From the NCBI RefSeq assembly GCF_004010195.1, contig NC_057751.1:9431611-9495610 (forward strand): a stretch of DNA of 64,000 nt, written 5' to 3'. Each line of letters opens with the position of its first letter. Position 1 is the stretch's first letter. Below the pieces are notes generated by a model, which was given only the letters and a program-made list of their open reading frames with translations, searched no databases and was not told where the DNA came from. The DNA comes from Chiloscyllium plagiosum. Its lineage: Eukaryota. This document shows positions 38,251 to 50,925 of the stretch, piece after piece. Position numbers and translations under genes: made by a program.

Positions 38251-39909
38251 TCAGGCAAAAAGTTCCCATTTTCATTGAAAGTGTTTTGCTGAGTGAGATT
38301 CATGGTGCACAGACCACCATGACTTGGAGTGATGTTTTTCCCACAGTCTTCCACTTTTCACAGAATTAATAATACAGTCAAATTTTGAACATTTTTCTTG
38401 GTCAATTGCTATTAGATAGCAGGTATGCCACGCAATGTCAGTGCACTGTCAGTGTACAGCATACATGCTGACTTTGTCCCTAACAGTCAGCAGGACAAGT
38501 AACATGTACATAATTGAAAGGGGGATTCCCCAAAAAATTCAACCATACAATCAGATAGATTTTTTTCAGCAAAAAAATCAGAAGGTCCACCACATCCTTT
38601 TGTACTTGTTGTGGGGCTGTTTGCCACATTAGCAATGTGAAACAGTCACGCATACTGAAAACCCAGGTCATGGAAAATGGCTGTCAATTAGCTGATCTCT
38701 CACCACCTGGGCTCAACAGTGCATCATGGTCTGAGAAGCATCCTCCTCTTTTGTACACACAGGTGCAAAGTGTTCATTTAAAACCTCAGCCATGCCCGCA
38801 GCCTTAATCTGTAAATCCCCTTTTTGGTCTCTGATCAGCCTGACTCCTCCTGAAACCATTCTCCTTCTGTTTGTAGGTTGACAGAAGACCTTGAGATTTT
38901 TCAAAGCAAAGCTGATGTACGAGAAAGCTAAATCACATTGTAAGTTGTTAGGGTGTGGAATGCACTGCCTGAAAATATGATGGAGGCAAGTTAAGTTGAT
39001 TCATTCAAGAGGACAGTAGATGTTCTGTTTTTCACACTGGTGTGCAGGGATATGGGGAAAAGGCAGGACATCAGCACTAGATAATCAAGTTGGACGAGAT
39101 AAGAGAGCCAGTACAGCCATGATGAACTGATTAGCCTCCTTCTACACCATAATAATTGTGATTCGGACTCCATGTAATCCCCTGAAGAAACCAATGACAT
39201 CTAGCTAACAACACAGGCCGTACTGTCTTCAAGGCAGTGGAACACATTGTACTGAATTTTCCAGGACTTTTTTGGGGCAGGCGGGGAGACTGGATGGCTA
39301 CTGAAATGGCAACGAAAAGCATTGGGAGGAGAAAACAAAGTCTTCCAGGCCTCCTGTTGTGTTCCCTGTGGAAAGGCGGGAAGGTTGGCAGTAAAGTTGG
39401 TGTCTCAGAACACACAGTGAGGCCAATTGGGCCACATCTTACATCTTTAGGCATTTTGCCCAATTTGAAAGAATCACCGCCAAGTAGGAAGATCTTTGGT
39501 ACTTGGTAATGCAGATCTTTGGACCAAGCAGATCTTCTCTTATTCAGTGTTAGTGATTGAATGGTCATGCATTACATCAAGATCACATGAAATGGCATTC
39601 ATTCCAGCCAGTTCGAGAGATGGCAATGAAAAGTTTTCTAGCATTTCATTTGTTAAATTCCAGTCGTATGGCTCTGCAGACTTGTCAGCTTTGTTTAGAT
39701 TTTCTCAATGATGTACCTCTGTGAGGTTTGAGTGTGCAATCTATATCAATCAAAACAGGAATCATTGGACTGGATTCCTCAGCAGCTTGCTTTAAAAACT
39801 TGAATAGGTGATCAGATGTGTTAGATACTGTATTGAGTCAAGGAGGAAATGTATCTGAGCCAATGTTTTGGATTGGATGGGGCCTCACAGTGAAATGACA
39901 TGCAGAAGT

Positions 39910-40245
39910 TTTTTATATTTCATTCATCGATGTGGGCATCACTGGCTAGGCCCATCCTTAATTACCAAGAGGGAAGTTTAGAATCAACCACATTGCTATG
40001 GGTCTTGAGTCACATGTAGGCCAGACCAGATAAGTACAGCAGTTTCCTTTCTTGAAGAACATTACTGAACCAGGTGGGATTTTCTCCAACACTTTTCTCC
40101 AACAATTCCGATTCAGGGTCATTTTTATACACTTAATTCCAGATTTTTATTGAATTCGAATTCCACAATCTGCCATGGCAGGTTTCAAACCCAGGTCTCT
40201 GGATTAACAGTTCAGTGATAATACTACTAGGCCACTGCCTCCCCT
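39910..40245 (-). mobile_element. tRNA-derived SINE with L2-type tail (second full copy at 58745-59094)
   Basis: Minus strand begins GGGGAGGCAGTGGCCTAGTAG, has B-box-like GGGTTTGAAACC, and ends ...GATGAATGAAAT. Confidence 0.8.
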
Positions 40246-40463
40246 CAAGTCAGCAAATATGTAATCTAAAACTATCCTTCAGTTCACTGACCTGACCAGA
40301 GGCCAGCAGGACTTACTCAAATATTTGAGCTGCCCATTTTTAATAATTAATAAGTCGTCTGTAGAGTGTCGTCCTCAATGCCCTCACATTATACACATTC
40401 ATTGTGCTGATAGTGAACATATGCAATTGTGTAAGAATCAACCTGATGGCACAGAGGACTCAC

Positions 40464-40530
40464 CTCCAGAATAAACAATACCACTTTGCAAAGGGCCTGT
40501 GTAAGTGCCAATTCGAAGCTTCCCAGATTC
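40464..40530 (-). CDS. NT5C2: NT5C2-like exon
   Basis: [22 protein letters not shown](G); canonical AG/GT; 67 bp. Confidence 0.95.
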
Positions 40531-40934
40531 CTGCAATATAATGCAAATGAATAAATAAATATTCTGCCACCAATCGCTGAAATCACTGAGGAAATTTTGA
40601 CATTAAATAGTTTGAACAAAAAGGTATGTAATTTATTTTACTGACTTCCTAATTTCTAGCTTGAGAATAAAATATTCAAACCATTCACTTGAATTTTTGG
40701 CAGCACTGCTTAATGGTGAGCATGACCAGAATTTTAAGTTAGCAAAGGGACACATAGAAAAGCCATGGGAAAATGGAGTTTCACAATGACCGATATGTTG
40801 GGTGAGGGGCAGTTGCAGGTGAGAGGTAATATGATGACATCTCCCCAGACTTTGTCCCAGAAAAGTGTGCAGTTCTACTCCATACATCACTTATAGGTAT
40901 CAGCAGCATTAAAGCCTTTGTGTCAATAAAATGA

Positions 40935-41136
40935 GAAGTCACACAATGCCAGCTTATAGTCCAACAGGTTTATTTCAAATCGCAAGCTTTCTGAGCACTG
41001 CTCCTTCGTCAGGTGAAATGACAAATGAACTACGCTCTGAAAGCTTGCAATTGCAAATAAACCTGTTGGACTATAACCTGGTATCATGTGACTGGTGACT
41101 TTGTCCACCCAGTCCAACACTGACACCTCCACATCA
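40935..41136. mobile_element. Penelope-like fold-back insertion, family B
   Basis: Inverted TATAGTCCAACAGGTTTATTT / AAATAAACCTGTTGGACTATA; exact 14-bp TSD TGTCAATAAAATGA (40921-40934, 41137-41150); hammerhead motif on - at 40984-41012. Confidence 0.8.
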
Positions 41137-41349
41137 TGTCAATAAAATGATGACAATTTCCTTGGAGTTTCCTTGGGATGGTGGGATGAAGGATGTCTGG
41201 TCTGCTGCTTGTAATGCAGTGGGATGTAAGGTAAAGGTAGGTCTCAGACAATCAGCAAGAAGTATCTGCCTTGAGTGAGTGGGATGAAAAATTTGACCCT
41301 TCCGATTTACACTCTGTCTTTGTCATTGAAGCAGAGCTCCATTACTCAC

Positions 41350-41457
41350 AGTGTCAACCAGTCTGAGAACGGTTCCTTCTCCAAAGAATAGAGGTTTCCT
41401 TGCATCGACTAAAATCAGGTCAAAGTAGGAATGCCAGGAGACATGCAATGTACCAGA
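41350..41457 (-). CDS. NT5C2: NT5C2-like exon containing HAD motif III lysine (RKPLFF)
   Basis: [36 protein letters not shown]; canonical AG/GT; 108 bp. Confidence 0.96.
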
Positions 41458-42862
41458 CTGGTAACAGAAAAAGAAGAAAATATCAGATGTTAGAACTTGC
41501 TGACCAACATTAGGTTCTGGAAATATTTCAATCTGACAATTGTCATGCTTGTTTCCCCGCCTTTCCATGACTTTGCCCTCCCTAATCTGTGAACTCCTCA
41601 AATCCAGCAAGCCTTTTCAGTTTCTTTAATTCAGGCCTCTTGCACCACTTTGATTTTCATTGCTCCAACATTATACACCATGCATTCATTTATCTGAGGC
41701 CTACACTATGGAATCTCTCCCTAAACCTCTCTGCCTTTCTTTCCTTCTTGAACAGACTTAATTGCCCAAACATTCTGTCATCTGTCCTCATATTTCTTTT
41801 TCTGTTCTGGTCTGAAATTTTGTTTAATATCGCTTGTTGAGGGCTTGCAATGGTGTCACAACCTTAAAATATTATAAAAACATAAAATTGTTAATGGCTT
41901 CTAACTGGCTCAAAGAAATACTGTACAAACTCAGTGTTTTATGATTGGCACATTGTGGATGCAGATCACCACAAGCATTGAGAATGAGTTTAGTTTTGCT
42001 GCATTTCAAGAACAAAGAACTCAGATCCTGAAGATGACAAGGGTAACATCAATGTGCATTTGTCTACACTTGTGTAATTGAAACTCAGAAGGTACAATAT
42101 GTGGCAGAGAGGGAGAAATGTATATTTTTCAATGCTCCCCAAGGTGCGTTAAAGGAATGTAGGAATTATAAAGAAGTGCTGCAGTCAGTCCAGCGAGGGA
42201 GTTGCCACAGGGCAATATTCCTAATGAAGGTGGGCAATTCCTGACCATGGGAACAGGAAGTCAGAGTGATAAAGAGAGGAAGACTATACTTCCTTGCCTG
42301 TATCAGGCCCATTGTGTCCTTACACCAATATTTGAAAGTATTCGCTGGAAATTACAGGGGGTCAATGAAACAGAAAGGAGGAATTCAATTTCACATTTCC
42401 ATCTATTCCCAAAACCTTCAACTCCCTTGTTCATCAAGAATTTATCCAGGTCTGTCTGAAAAATACACAATGATCCTGCCTCCACTGCTCTCTATGGTGG
42501 TTCAAATACAGCTCCAAAAACTCTGAGAAAAAAAATGTTTTCCTCCTTCCCCTTGTACTCATCTTCCCTAGAATGGGAAATAATCTTTCAGCATCCACTC
42601 AGTCATTTACCTTCAAGATCTTAAATATTTCATGATTTGTACTGTGATGTGTCATTTCTCCCTCCATGATTTCAAGTCCCCATGTCATTTTATTTTAGTT
42701 GTAAATTGATAGTTGCCTTGTCTGATTATTTCAAATGAGTTGTACCTTTTTCAGATATACCCATTGTTCACCCCGATTACCCACTGCTGCGTTTTGTGTA
42801 CAGACCATTATATTGTCAGCTTCCATCTGTGATGTATGTGCTGCAATGGTTTGGAATTTTAC

Positions 42863-42904
42863 CTTTTGCCCAAGTGAGGAATCAAACAAATATTTCATTA
42901 TTGC
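42863..42904 (-). CDS. NT5C2: NT5C2-like exon
   Basis: AIMKYLFDSSLGQK; ttgcag|...|gtaaaa; 42 bp. Confidence 0.9.
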
Positions 42905-44098
42905 CTGCAAAAGAAAGGTAATGAGGATGAGCACAAGTAAATCACGTGTTTGAGGGTTAATTGTGCTGTTTACTTGCTGCCAATTGGACTAACACTATGA
43001 TCAACTATGAACATGTTTAAATGTTTAAAAATCTACCACAGTACGAGTGCCAGTGACCCCCAATAAGTGCTGTTCATATGCATCTTTCAACAAAAAGTGT
43101 TTCAAACATTTACCTGTGAAGTTGGCACAATTTCAAAACAGAATCTTCCCAGCTACTGCACAAGGTGCTCATTGGTGGGAACATGTAAGATTGGCAATGA
43201 GGATCTTCTCAGCGTCAAAACCAAGAAGTCCCATTTTCCAAGCAAGCGTTGAAGTGAGATGAGATTCTTGCTAGTGAAAGGCATGTTTTAAATTCACATA
43301 ATTTCATAACCTTATTTCAGTTTCCCATCCTCCCACCTGCCAGACAGAACCTAAATGGTGATAATAACCATCATGAAAATTGGAGCAGGAATTTGGCTAC
43401 ACCAACTCATCACGAGGGTTTAGAGGGATATGGGCCAACTGCTGGCAAATGAACGAGATCATTTTCAGGTATCTGGTCAGTGTGGACAAGTTGGACCGAA
43501 GGGTCTTTTTTCATGCTATACAATTCTATGACTTGATCCTCTAGACCTCCATCAGTCACAAATGGTAAGTGACCACATAGAATCCTACCCAGAAGGACCT
43601 ACAGGTCCATGTCTGCAAAACGGGATGCCAATTACCTTCTGTCCAACATGCCCAGACAAATAAAATTAATTGAGCAGCACAGCTGCCAAATGCCAACACA
43701 TGACAGGGTGAACAGATGGCTTTGAAGATGATGTAGGTGCCAGGAATCCTGGGAGGTCCAGACAGTTGTCAGGACTTCTGACTGTGGCAAATGGAAGAAC
43801 ACACTAAGCAGGGAACCTGAGGCTCGTGGTGTATAGTTAAATGAGTGAAGATAGCTCGAAAAATGTCGATAGGGTTCACAATGAGAAACCTTTCATAATA
43901 TTCATCAAAAATTACACATCACCAATTTCTGCGAAGATACAGTTCCACAAAAATCATATCTTTCTCAACTGCTCGGCAGAACTCCTATCAGCATAACTTG
44001 GATTCGATGATCCGTAATTAGATCTTGATGACTAATGCAAGAATGAAACATTTCCCCTGTTATGATAATATGCCCAATGAGCGAAGAAACATAGGTGC

Positions 44099-44275
44099 AA
44101 GTGAGGGTTGCAGATGCTGAAGACCAGAGTCAAACAGTGTGGCGCTGGAAAAGCACTGTAGGTCAGGTAGCATTGAGGAGCAGGAGAATCGATGCTTATG
44201 CCTGAAACGTCAACTCTCCTGCTCCTCAGATGCTGCCTGACCTACTGTGCTTTTCCAGTGCCACACTTTTTGACT
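44099..44275. mobile_element. Family-A PLE fold-back insertion
   Basis: Inverted arms; 15-bp TSD AAGAAACATAG(G/A)TGC at 44084-44098 and 44276-44290. Confidence 0.8.
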
Positions 44276-47244
44276 AAGAAACATAGATGCCAATCTGAGC
44301 TTGGAGGCTGGCAGGGAAAAGTTTGCTTCAGATTCTGCTGAATTTAAGGCAGGACCTGATTTAAATTTTCATCTCCTTACCCCAGCTGCAGTCAGCCAGA
44401 TCGAGGTAATGATGGGGATAGGCCTTGGGTACAAGTGTCCCCAAGAATGGAAAGGAGCGAGGAAAACTGTGGCTCAGCAGGGAATGGTTCAAATTATCTG
44501 ATCACAGCAGCAAAGCACATAAGCAGGAAAGCTGTATCCATTAGCTTAGCAAAAAGCTAACCTGCTGGATCCATCCCTATTGCACATTAGCTTCTGCTCC
44601 TCATAAGGCAATGAAACCTAACTGGCCAGAGTTAAATTTAAAATACAGATGAAATCTAAGGCATGGAACCTTGTTATGATGTGTAAATGGATCAGAACCT
44701 ATTTGTGCTCTTTGCCAAGGTAATTGAAGGCAGCCATAGTGATAATGGAAATCCTGTAACTGTGTTTGCTTAGGTTTGCAAAGGCAAGATCAGCCATGGA
44801 TTGGTTCATGATTGTGTAAATGATGTGTAAATGATGTGTAAATGACCAATCCACCTCCTGGAATCAGTTTGGTTGTGTTTCCCTCCTCAGTTCTTTATAA
44901 GTGAAGAAAGGCAACCAAGAAGTGAACTGGAGTCAGAGTTTAGATTTTTAAATATTTTAACATCCTACATGACCTCATTCCACAAAATTTATAGAAAATG
45001 CTTCTCATAATCTCATTCTCCAGGAATATCCATGTTTCAGAGTGATAGATATTAATGTCAGCATTGATTCTACAGATTTAAAACAAAAAATATTTTTAAT
45101 GAAGCATATGCGAAGCAAATCAGTTTGATAATTATTAACATATGAACGTAATTGAACATTTTGTCCCCATCCGTTGCTTAGTGAGTTGATCCAGTCTGCT
45201 CTGTATCAAATTTCTCCAGGTTTCAGGGAAATGAAGCTTAAGTGGAGCAAGTCTGAGCAGCTGACTGGACAGCTCCTACTTCTAATGTTCAGAATCTATT
45301 TGTGCTCTTTGCCAAGGTAATTGAAGGCAGCCATAGTGATAATGGAAATCCTGTAACTGTGTTTGCTTAGGTTTGCAAAGGCAAGATCAGCCACAGATTG
45401 GTTCATGATTGCTGTTCAGAGATTTTTGCCTGTGCGTCTGTACCAAGAAACTACTCGGGGCATGCTGGTGAGTTGTCTCTTTACATTGATCCAATTTGTT
45501 AAGAATTTAAAATTAAACAGTCTTTTGGGTGAGATGGCTCAGTACCAAAACCTGGAGCCTACATTTATATGGCAGCTTTCGCAATCCAAGGACATTTCAA
45601 AGTCAATTAAGTACTTTTGAAATGTGATCGCTGTTGCCAGGGAAAGAAATGTACTCACTAATTTGCATGTGACAATGTTTCATAAAGAAGAATGACATAA
45701 ATAAATAGTCTGTCTGGTATTATCTTCAAACAGTACCATGCAGCACAAGTTGTATACAGGACAAGATGGATCTCAGGTTTAAGTCCTCAAAATTTTCTTC
45801 TGTTTAGAGAGCACTTTTAACATCATAAAACGTCTTCAGGTGCTTTACAGAGGTGTCATTGAAGACTGTGACATTGGCTATAGACAGATGGGTTTTAAGA
45901 AGTGTCTTTAATGAGGAAACAGAGAAGTATGAGGAAGGAATTTCAGATTTTAGTGCCTTGCAGCTGAAGGCAAGGTTACTAGTGTGAAGTAATTAAATCA
46001 GGGATGCTCAAAATATTACAATTAATGGAGCACAGAAGTTTTCGGACTCAAGGAGAGTACAAACATAGAAAGGAAAAGCCATGGAGGGTTTCATAAATAA
46101 GGATGGGTATCTTAACATCAAGGCATTGCTTCACCAGGAGCACTGTAAATCAATGAACACAGGAGTGATGGTTAAATAGATTTGGTGTGAGTTAGGATAC
46201 AGACATCAGATGTTTGTAGTTGTGGGTTACTAGAATTCATATGAAAACCAGTGCTGCTGGATCAGTGCCACTAAGGACATCATGTTGCTGACAAATGAGA
46301 AGGGGCTATTGATAGGTTCTTGGGACACCATCTGAGGGTCACAGCTGGGTGACAGAGATGGTGTGTGAGATTTTTCCCAAATGTTTCAACTCACATACTG
46401 GTAACTGTGTGGAGGACTGAACGAAAAGACACTGAGATCTTGCAATAGCAGGTGACAGGGTCCATATCTCAAGGGCAAGCTTTAGCTGTGACTTCTTATT
46501 TCATAGCTGCTGTGTTGCTTGACCCTTTCATGTCAGGTCTGATAATGAAACTGTATCCCTCCAGTTCGTGATTCCTACATCCAAAATAATGAAAAAGGTA
46601 GGTGCAATGTCAAATCAATTGACTAATTAAATGGCTGCTTTTCATTTTCCTTCAGTGGGTGGTTATGTTCATTGTGGGAGAACAATTTTGACCATAATGG
46701 CAGAATTAAATTTTTGAGGTCCCAGACAGACATACATTGTGATGGTATGCTGCCAGACCTGTTGAGTTTTACCAGCAATTTCTACTTCTGTTTAAGATTT
46801 CCAGCATCTGAAATTCTTTATTTTATTTACTGGATTTTGCATTCGAGCAGACCATATTATGAGGTACCTCCAAGTTTATTGCAGAAACTATCAGCACGAC
46901 AAATCTAAATCCACAGGCATTGATACATGACAGAGCAGTTTTATCACTGTGCTGTCAGTATTGTTGCATATGCGTTTCCAACTTTAAATGGTTGGGAGTT
47001 TATGTTCTCCACCATCGATTGATGTTGGCTCACAATGACTGCACATGAATACATAATAAGAAAGAATGGGTGCAATCGACAACTAAATAGACAGTTACCA
47101 CGAATGCAAAAGAAGGGGTAGCTTTTCAGTATTTCAAAAAGAATCAAATTGACACAAGACAGGATGCCATTCGATCCACTTTTCCTCTATCAGTTCTTGG
47201 GAACAGCTATCTACTTTGTGACAAGCTAAACAGTGCTTGGAATA

Positions 47245-49233
47245 GTAATGGCTCTTTCACTCACTAAGAGTTTTCTGGGGGTGGAAAAAGTGACTTGGGG
47301 GCTTTATAAAGGGTGAACAAGGGAAAGCTGCTGGAATTGATAGTCAAGTTGCAGTTGGAGCTATCTTTGTCCATAAGAAAAGGAGAGATAATCACAGCAA
47401 GAGCTCAGCATTTAAATTTGCTGGAATTGCCATCAGAATCTTCAGAGATGGTTAAAATTCAGTTGAGAATGAATCAGATTGAGTTAGTGGCAAAGGATTA
47501 TGATTAAAAGCAGAGGAAATACAAAAAGAAAAGAGAGAGCGAACAAAGGGAAAAAAGAAAGAGAGAAGACAGGAAAAAAGAGAGTCTGAAATTCACAAAC
47601 TGACACTTAAACAGGAAAGTTGGCATAAGTTTTTGTATTTTAGCTTGAGGTTTTCTTTCTCCTAAATGACCTCCTACTGGTAGTTCATGTGCTACCCACA
47701 ACACCTCTCTATACCCCACTGGTAATACGACTTTTGATTAGATTAGATTACAGTGTGGAAACAGGCCCTTCGGCCCAACAAGTCCACACTGACCCGCCGA
47801 AGCGAAACCCACCCATACCCCTACATTTACCCCTTACCTAACACTACAGGCAATTTAGCATGGCCAATTCACCTGACCCTGCACATCTTTGTGACTGTGG
47901 GAGGAAACTCTCCCTCTCCCTCTCCCTCTCCCTCTCCCTCTCCCTCCCTCTCCCTCCCTCCATTTCTGGGATTGAATGGGTGTTATTGGAAATTAGTACC
48001 AAATTTTAGCAGTGTGGTTGCTCCACTCATTAAATTACTAAAGAAAGGCAAGAAGTTCCAGTGGACAGCAAACTGTCAGAAGGCATTTGACGACCTGAAA
48101 GCTGCATTAACCATCGCCCCAGTAATAGCCACACCTAATTACGCAAAAGCATTCAAGGTGGCTATTGGTGCGAGTGATGTGGGTGTCGGTGCTGTGCTGT
48201 TGCGAGAAGATGACAAAAAGATAGAAGGACTTATCAGATATTTCTCTGGGAAATTGAACATTCATCAGCAGAAATATTCGACAGTTGAGAAGGAGACATT
48301 GAGCTTGGCGTTGGCGTTTCAACATTCAACATTTATGTTACCAGTAATGTATCTGAGACAATCATATATACCCATTAAAGTTTGTAGAGAAATTCAAGAA
48401 CAAAAATTCCAGACTGTTTAGATGGAGCTTGTTGTGACCGCCATTTAATTTAAAAATTGTGCATGTGGCAGGACAAGAAAATGTGACTGCCAATGCATTA
48501 TCGAGACTTGGATGAGAGCCGGAGGCATTCGGTGGCGGAAGTAAAATGGACTGAAACAGAATGGATTAGTGCATGTTTGCATGGTTATAGTCAATGTAAC
48601 GTACATATGTTGTAATGTACTAACAATGTAAGATTAAGGGATTTTAGAATGAAGCCATCTTTGGATATCGATGGTTCTTTTTTTTTTAAGAGGGGAGGTG
48701 TAATGATGCTACTCCATTAACAAGGTTATTGTGTCCTTGGTTATTTTTCGAGCGGTATAAAGGCAGAAGTTCTGGTATGTCTGGAAGTAACTACTTGAAA
48801 AGGCTTTTAAATTTTTTTAAGAAACACTTGTAGAGTGAAATGGGAGTGGCCAGTTCTCCCAGTTCAGTGTTTTTTCTAGTTTTGGGTAGGTTTTGGATGG
48901 GGACCCAAGGAAACAGCTTCATGATGAATCTCTCTCCTGTAAGAACCTATGTTTGAATTTACTTTTTTGGTAAGGGGTATGTGAGGGGATGTTGCAGGAA
49001 ATTGGAATAGCTCTTTGTTAAGTTGCGTTTTCATGTCGGTTGCATTTTGAAATAGTTATGTTATCATAAATTCGGTTTTCTTTTGTTTACGTATATATAA
49101 GTTCTGTTTTGTTTAAAACTGAAATTCTTTTTTGTTTGACCAGCTGCATCACTCCTAGAATATCCAACTAAAAAAGTTAGGATCTGGGCTTCCTTCTTGA
49201 AATGTTTTATGGGGTCTGGCCTGGTCCATGACA
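47245..49233 (+). mobile_element. Ty3/Gypsy (probably Gmr1-like) LTR retrotransposon remnant: gag start, inverted integrase piece, RT-end/RNase H, PPT, 3' LTR
   Basis: FLGLNGCYWKLVPNFSSVVAPL...ASDVGVGAVLL...YSTVEKETL is Gypsy RT/RNase H. PPT AAGAGGGGAGG at 48688-48698. LTR TGTAATG...CATGACA at 48699-49233. Confidence 0.88.
47908..47960. repeat. (CTCTCC)n microsatellite
   Basis: Direct reading of the sequence. Confidence 0.9.
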
Positions 49234-49577
49234 CCTTAAAGTTTTTAACTAATACTCTTGAAACTTATCACTGAATCTGCTCTCACTCCCTTATTGAATG
49301 GCATTCATCGAGTCACAGAATCATAGAATCTCTACTGTGTGGAAACAGACCATTTGGTCCAACAAGTCCACACTAATCCTAAGTAGAGTAATCCACCCAG
49401 ACCTATTTCTCTACCTATTATTATACATTTACACCTGACTAATGCACCTAACTGACTCATCCCTGAACAGTATGGGCAATTTAATATGGCTAATTAACCT
49501 AACCTGCACATCTTTGGATTGTGGGAGAAAACTGGAGCACCCGGAAAAAAACCCACGCAGACAGATCCATCAGCTCA

Positions 49578-49907
<330 letters not shown>

Positions 49908-50713
49908 TCAGTGTGGCGATTTTGTTAGGCCAGAGAAGCTTCCACGGCCATGTGGTTGGAATGTTTCACTGTGAAAAGCAATGGAATGGAGCAGGGAACA
50001 ACAAATTCTTTTCATTAGTTGTTAAGTCTCAAGCAATGGGACACTGATGAAAAATAAATATGAGATTTCAGAGGAAGAAGGAGAAAACACTTTTACTTGG
50101 ACAGACCAGGATATATTACAATTGTGGAATATATTGTCAGAACGAGCGATCAATGCAGAAACTACATCAACAGTTATGATGTGATAGAAAGGAATAAAAG
50201 AGATGGAGCCAGAGTGCAAACACAAATTAGGACAGCTGTGCATGTGGAGTGGACATTAAACACAAAAAGCGATTAGATGGGTTGAATAGCTCTATTTGTT
50301 TTGAAATATATGTGGTTTGTATTGAAAGCTTTTCTCCAGCACTTAATTGTCTCAGCAACATAACTAAAGTATGATTTTTCAATTACCAGTCTTTCTGGCT
50401 GAGGGAGCATGCTCAGAATTTCGGTGCGGTATGATTGGTGTGTGCTTCTAACTTTTCAGGTCTCCTTCTTCCAGTTACTGTTAAAATCCATCCCATCAGT
50501 TATACTCTGAACATGTATGGGGGTTGATGGATCACTGAATGTCAAACTAATTGCCTGATAAGTTTCAATTGTTTGAATAAGAAGTACTTTTTTATATATG
50601 AGGACAATGGATTTCAAAATAAATGGGGCAAAATTATAGTCAGCATGACAACAGGGCACAACTCCCATGACTGTTTCATATTCTGCTGCCTAAACAGTGC
50701 ATCTCTCCCACCA

Positions 50714-50925
50714 GTTGAAACTTTATTGCTGGAACAGCACAGCAGGTCAGGCAGCATCCAGGGAACAGGAGACTCGACGTTTCGGGCACAGGCCCTTCTT
50801 CCTGAAGAAGGGCCTGTGCCCGAAACGTCGAGTCTCCTGTTCCCTGGATGCTGCCTGACCTGCTGTGCTGTTCCAGCAATAAAGTTTCAACTTTGATCTC
50901 CAGCATCTGCAGACCTCACTTTCTC
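50714..50925. mobile_element. Very young family-A PLE fold-back insertion
   Basis: Perfect 89-bp inverted arms (50713-50801 / 50804-50892); exact 14-bp TSD CATCTCTCCCACCA (50700-50713, 50926-50939). Confidence 0.9.

Noticed and set aside
47753..48421. 222-aa ORF as a host gene
   Set aside because: Chance fusion of antisense SINE, (CTCTCC)n and Gypsy RT/RNase H sequence.
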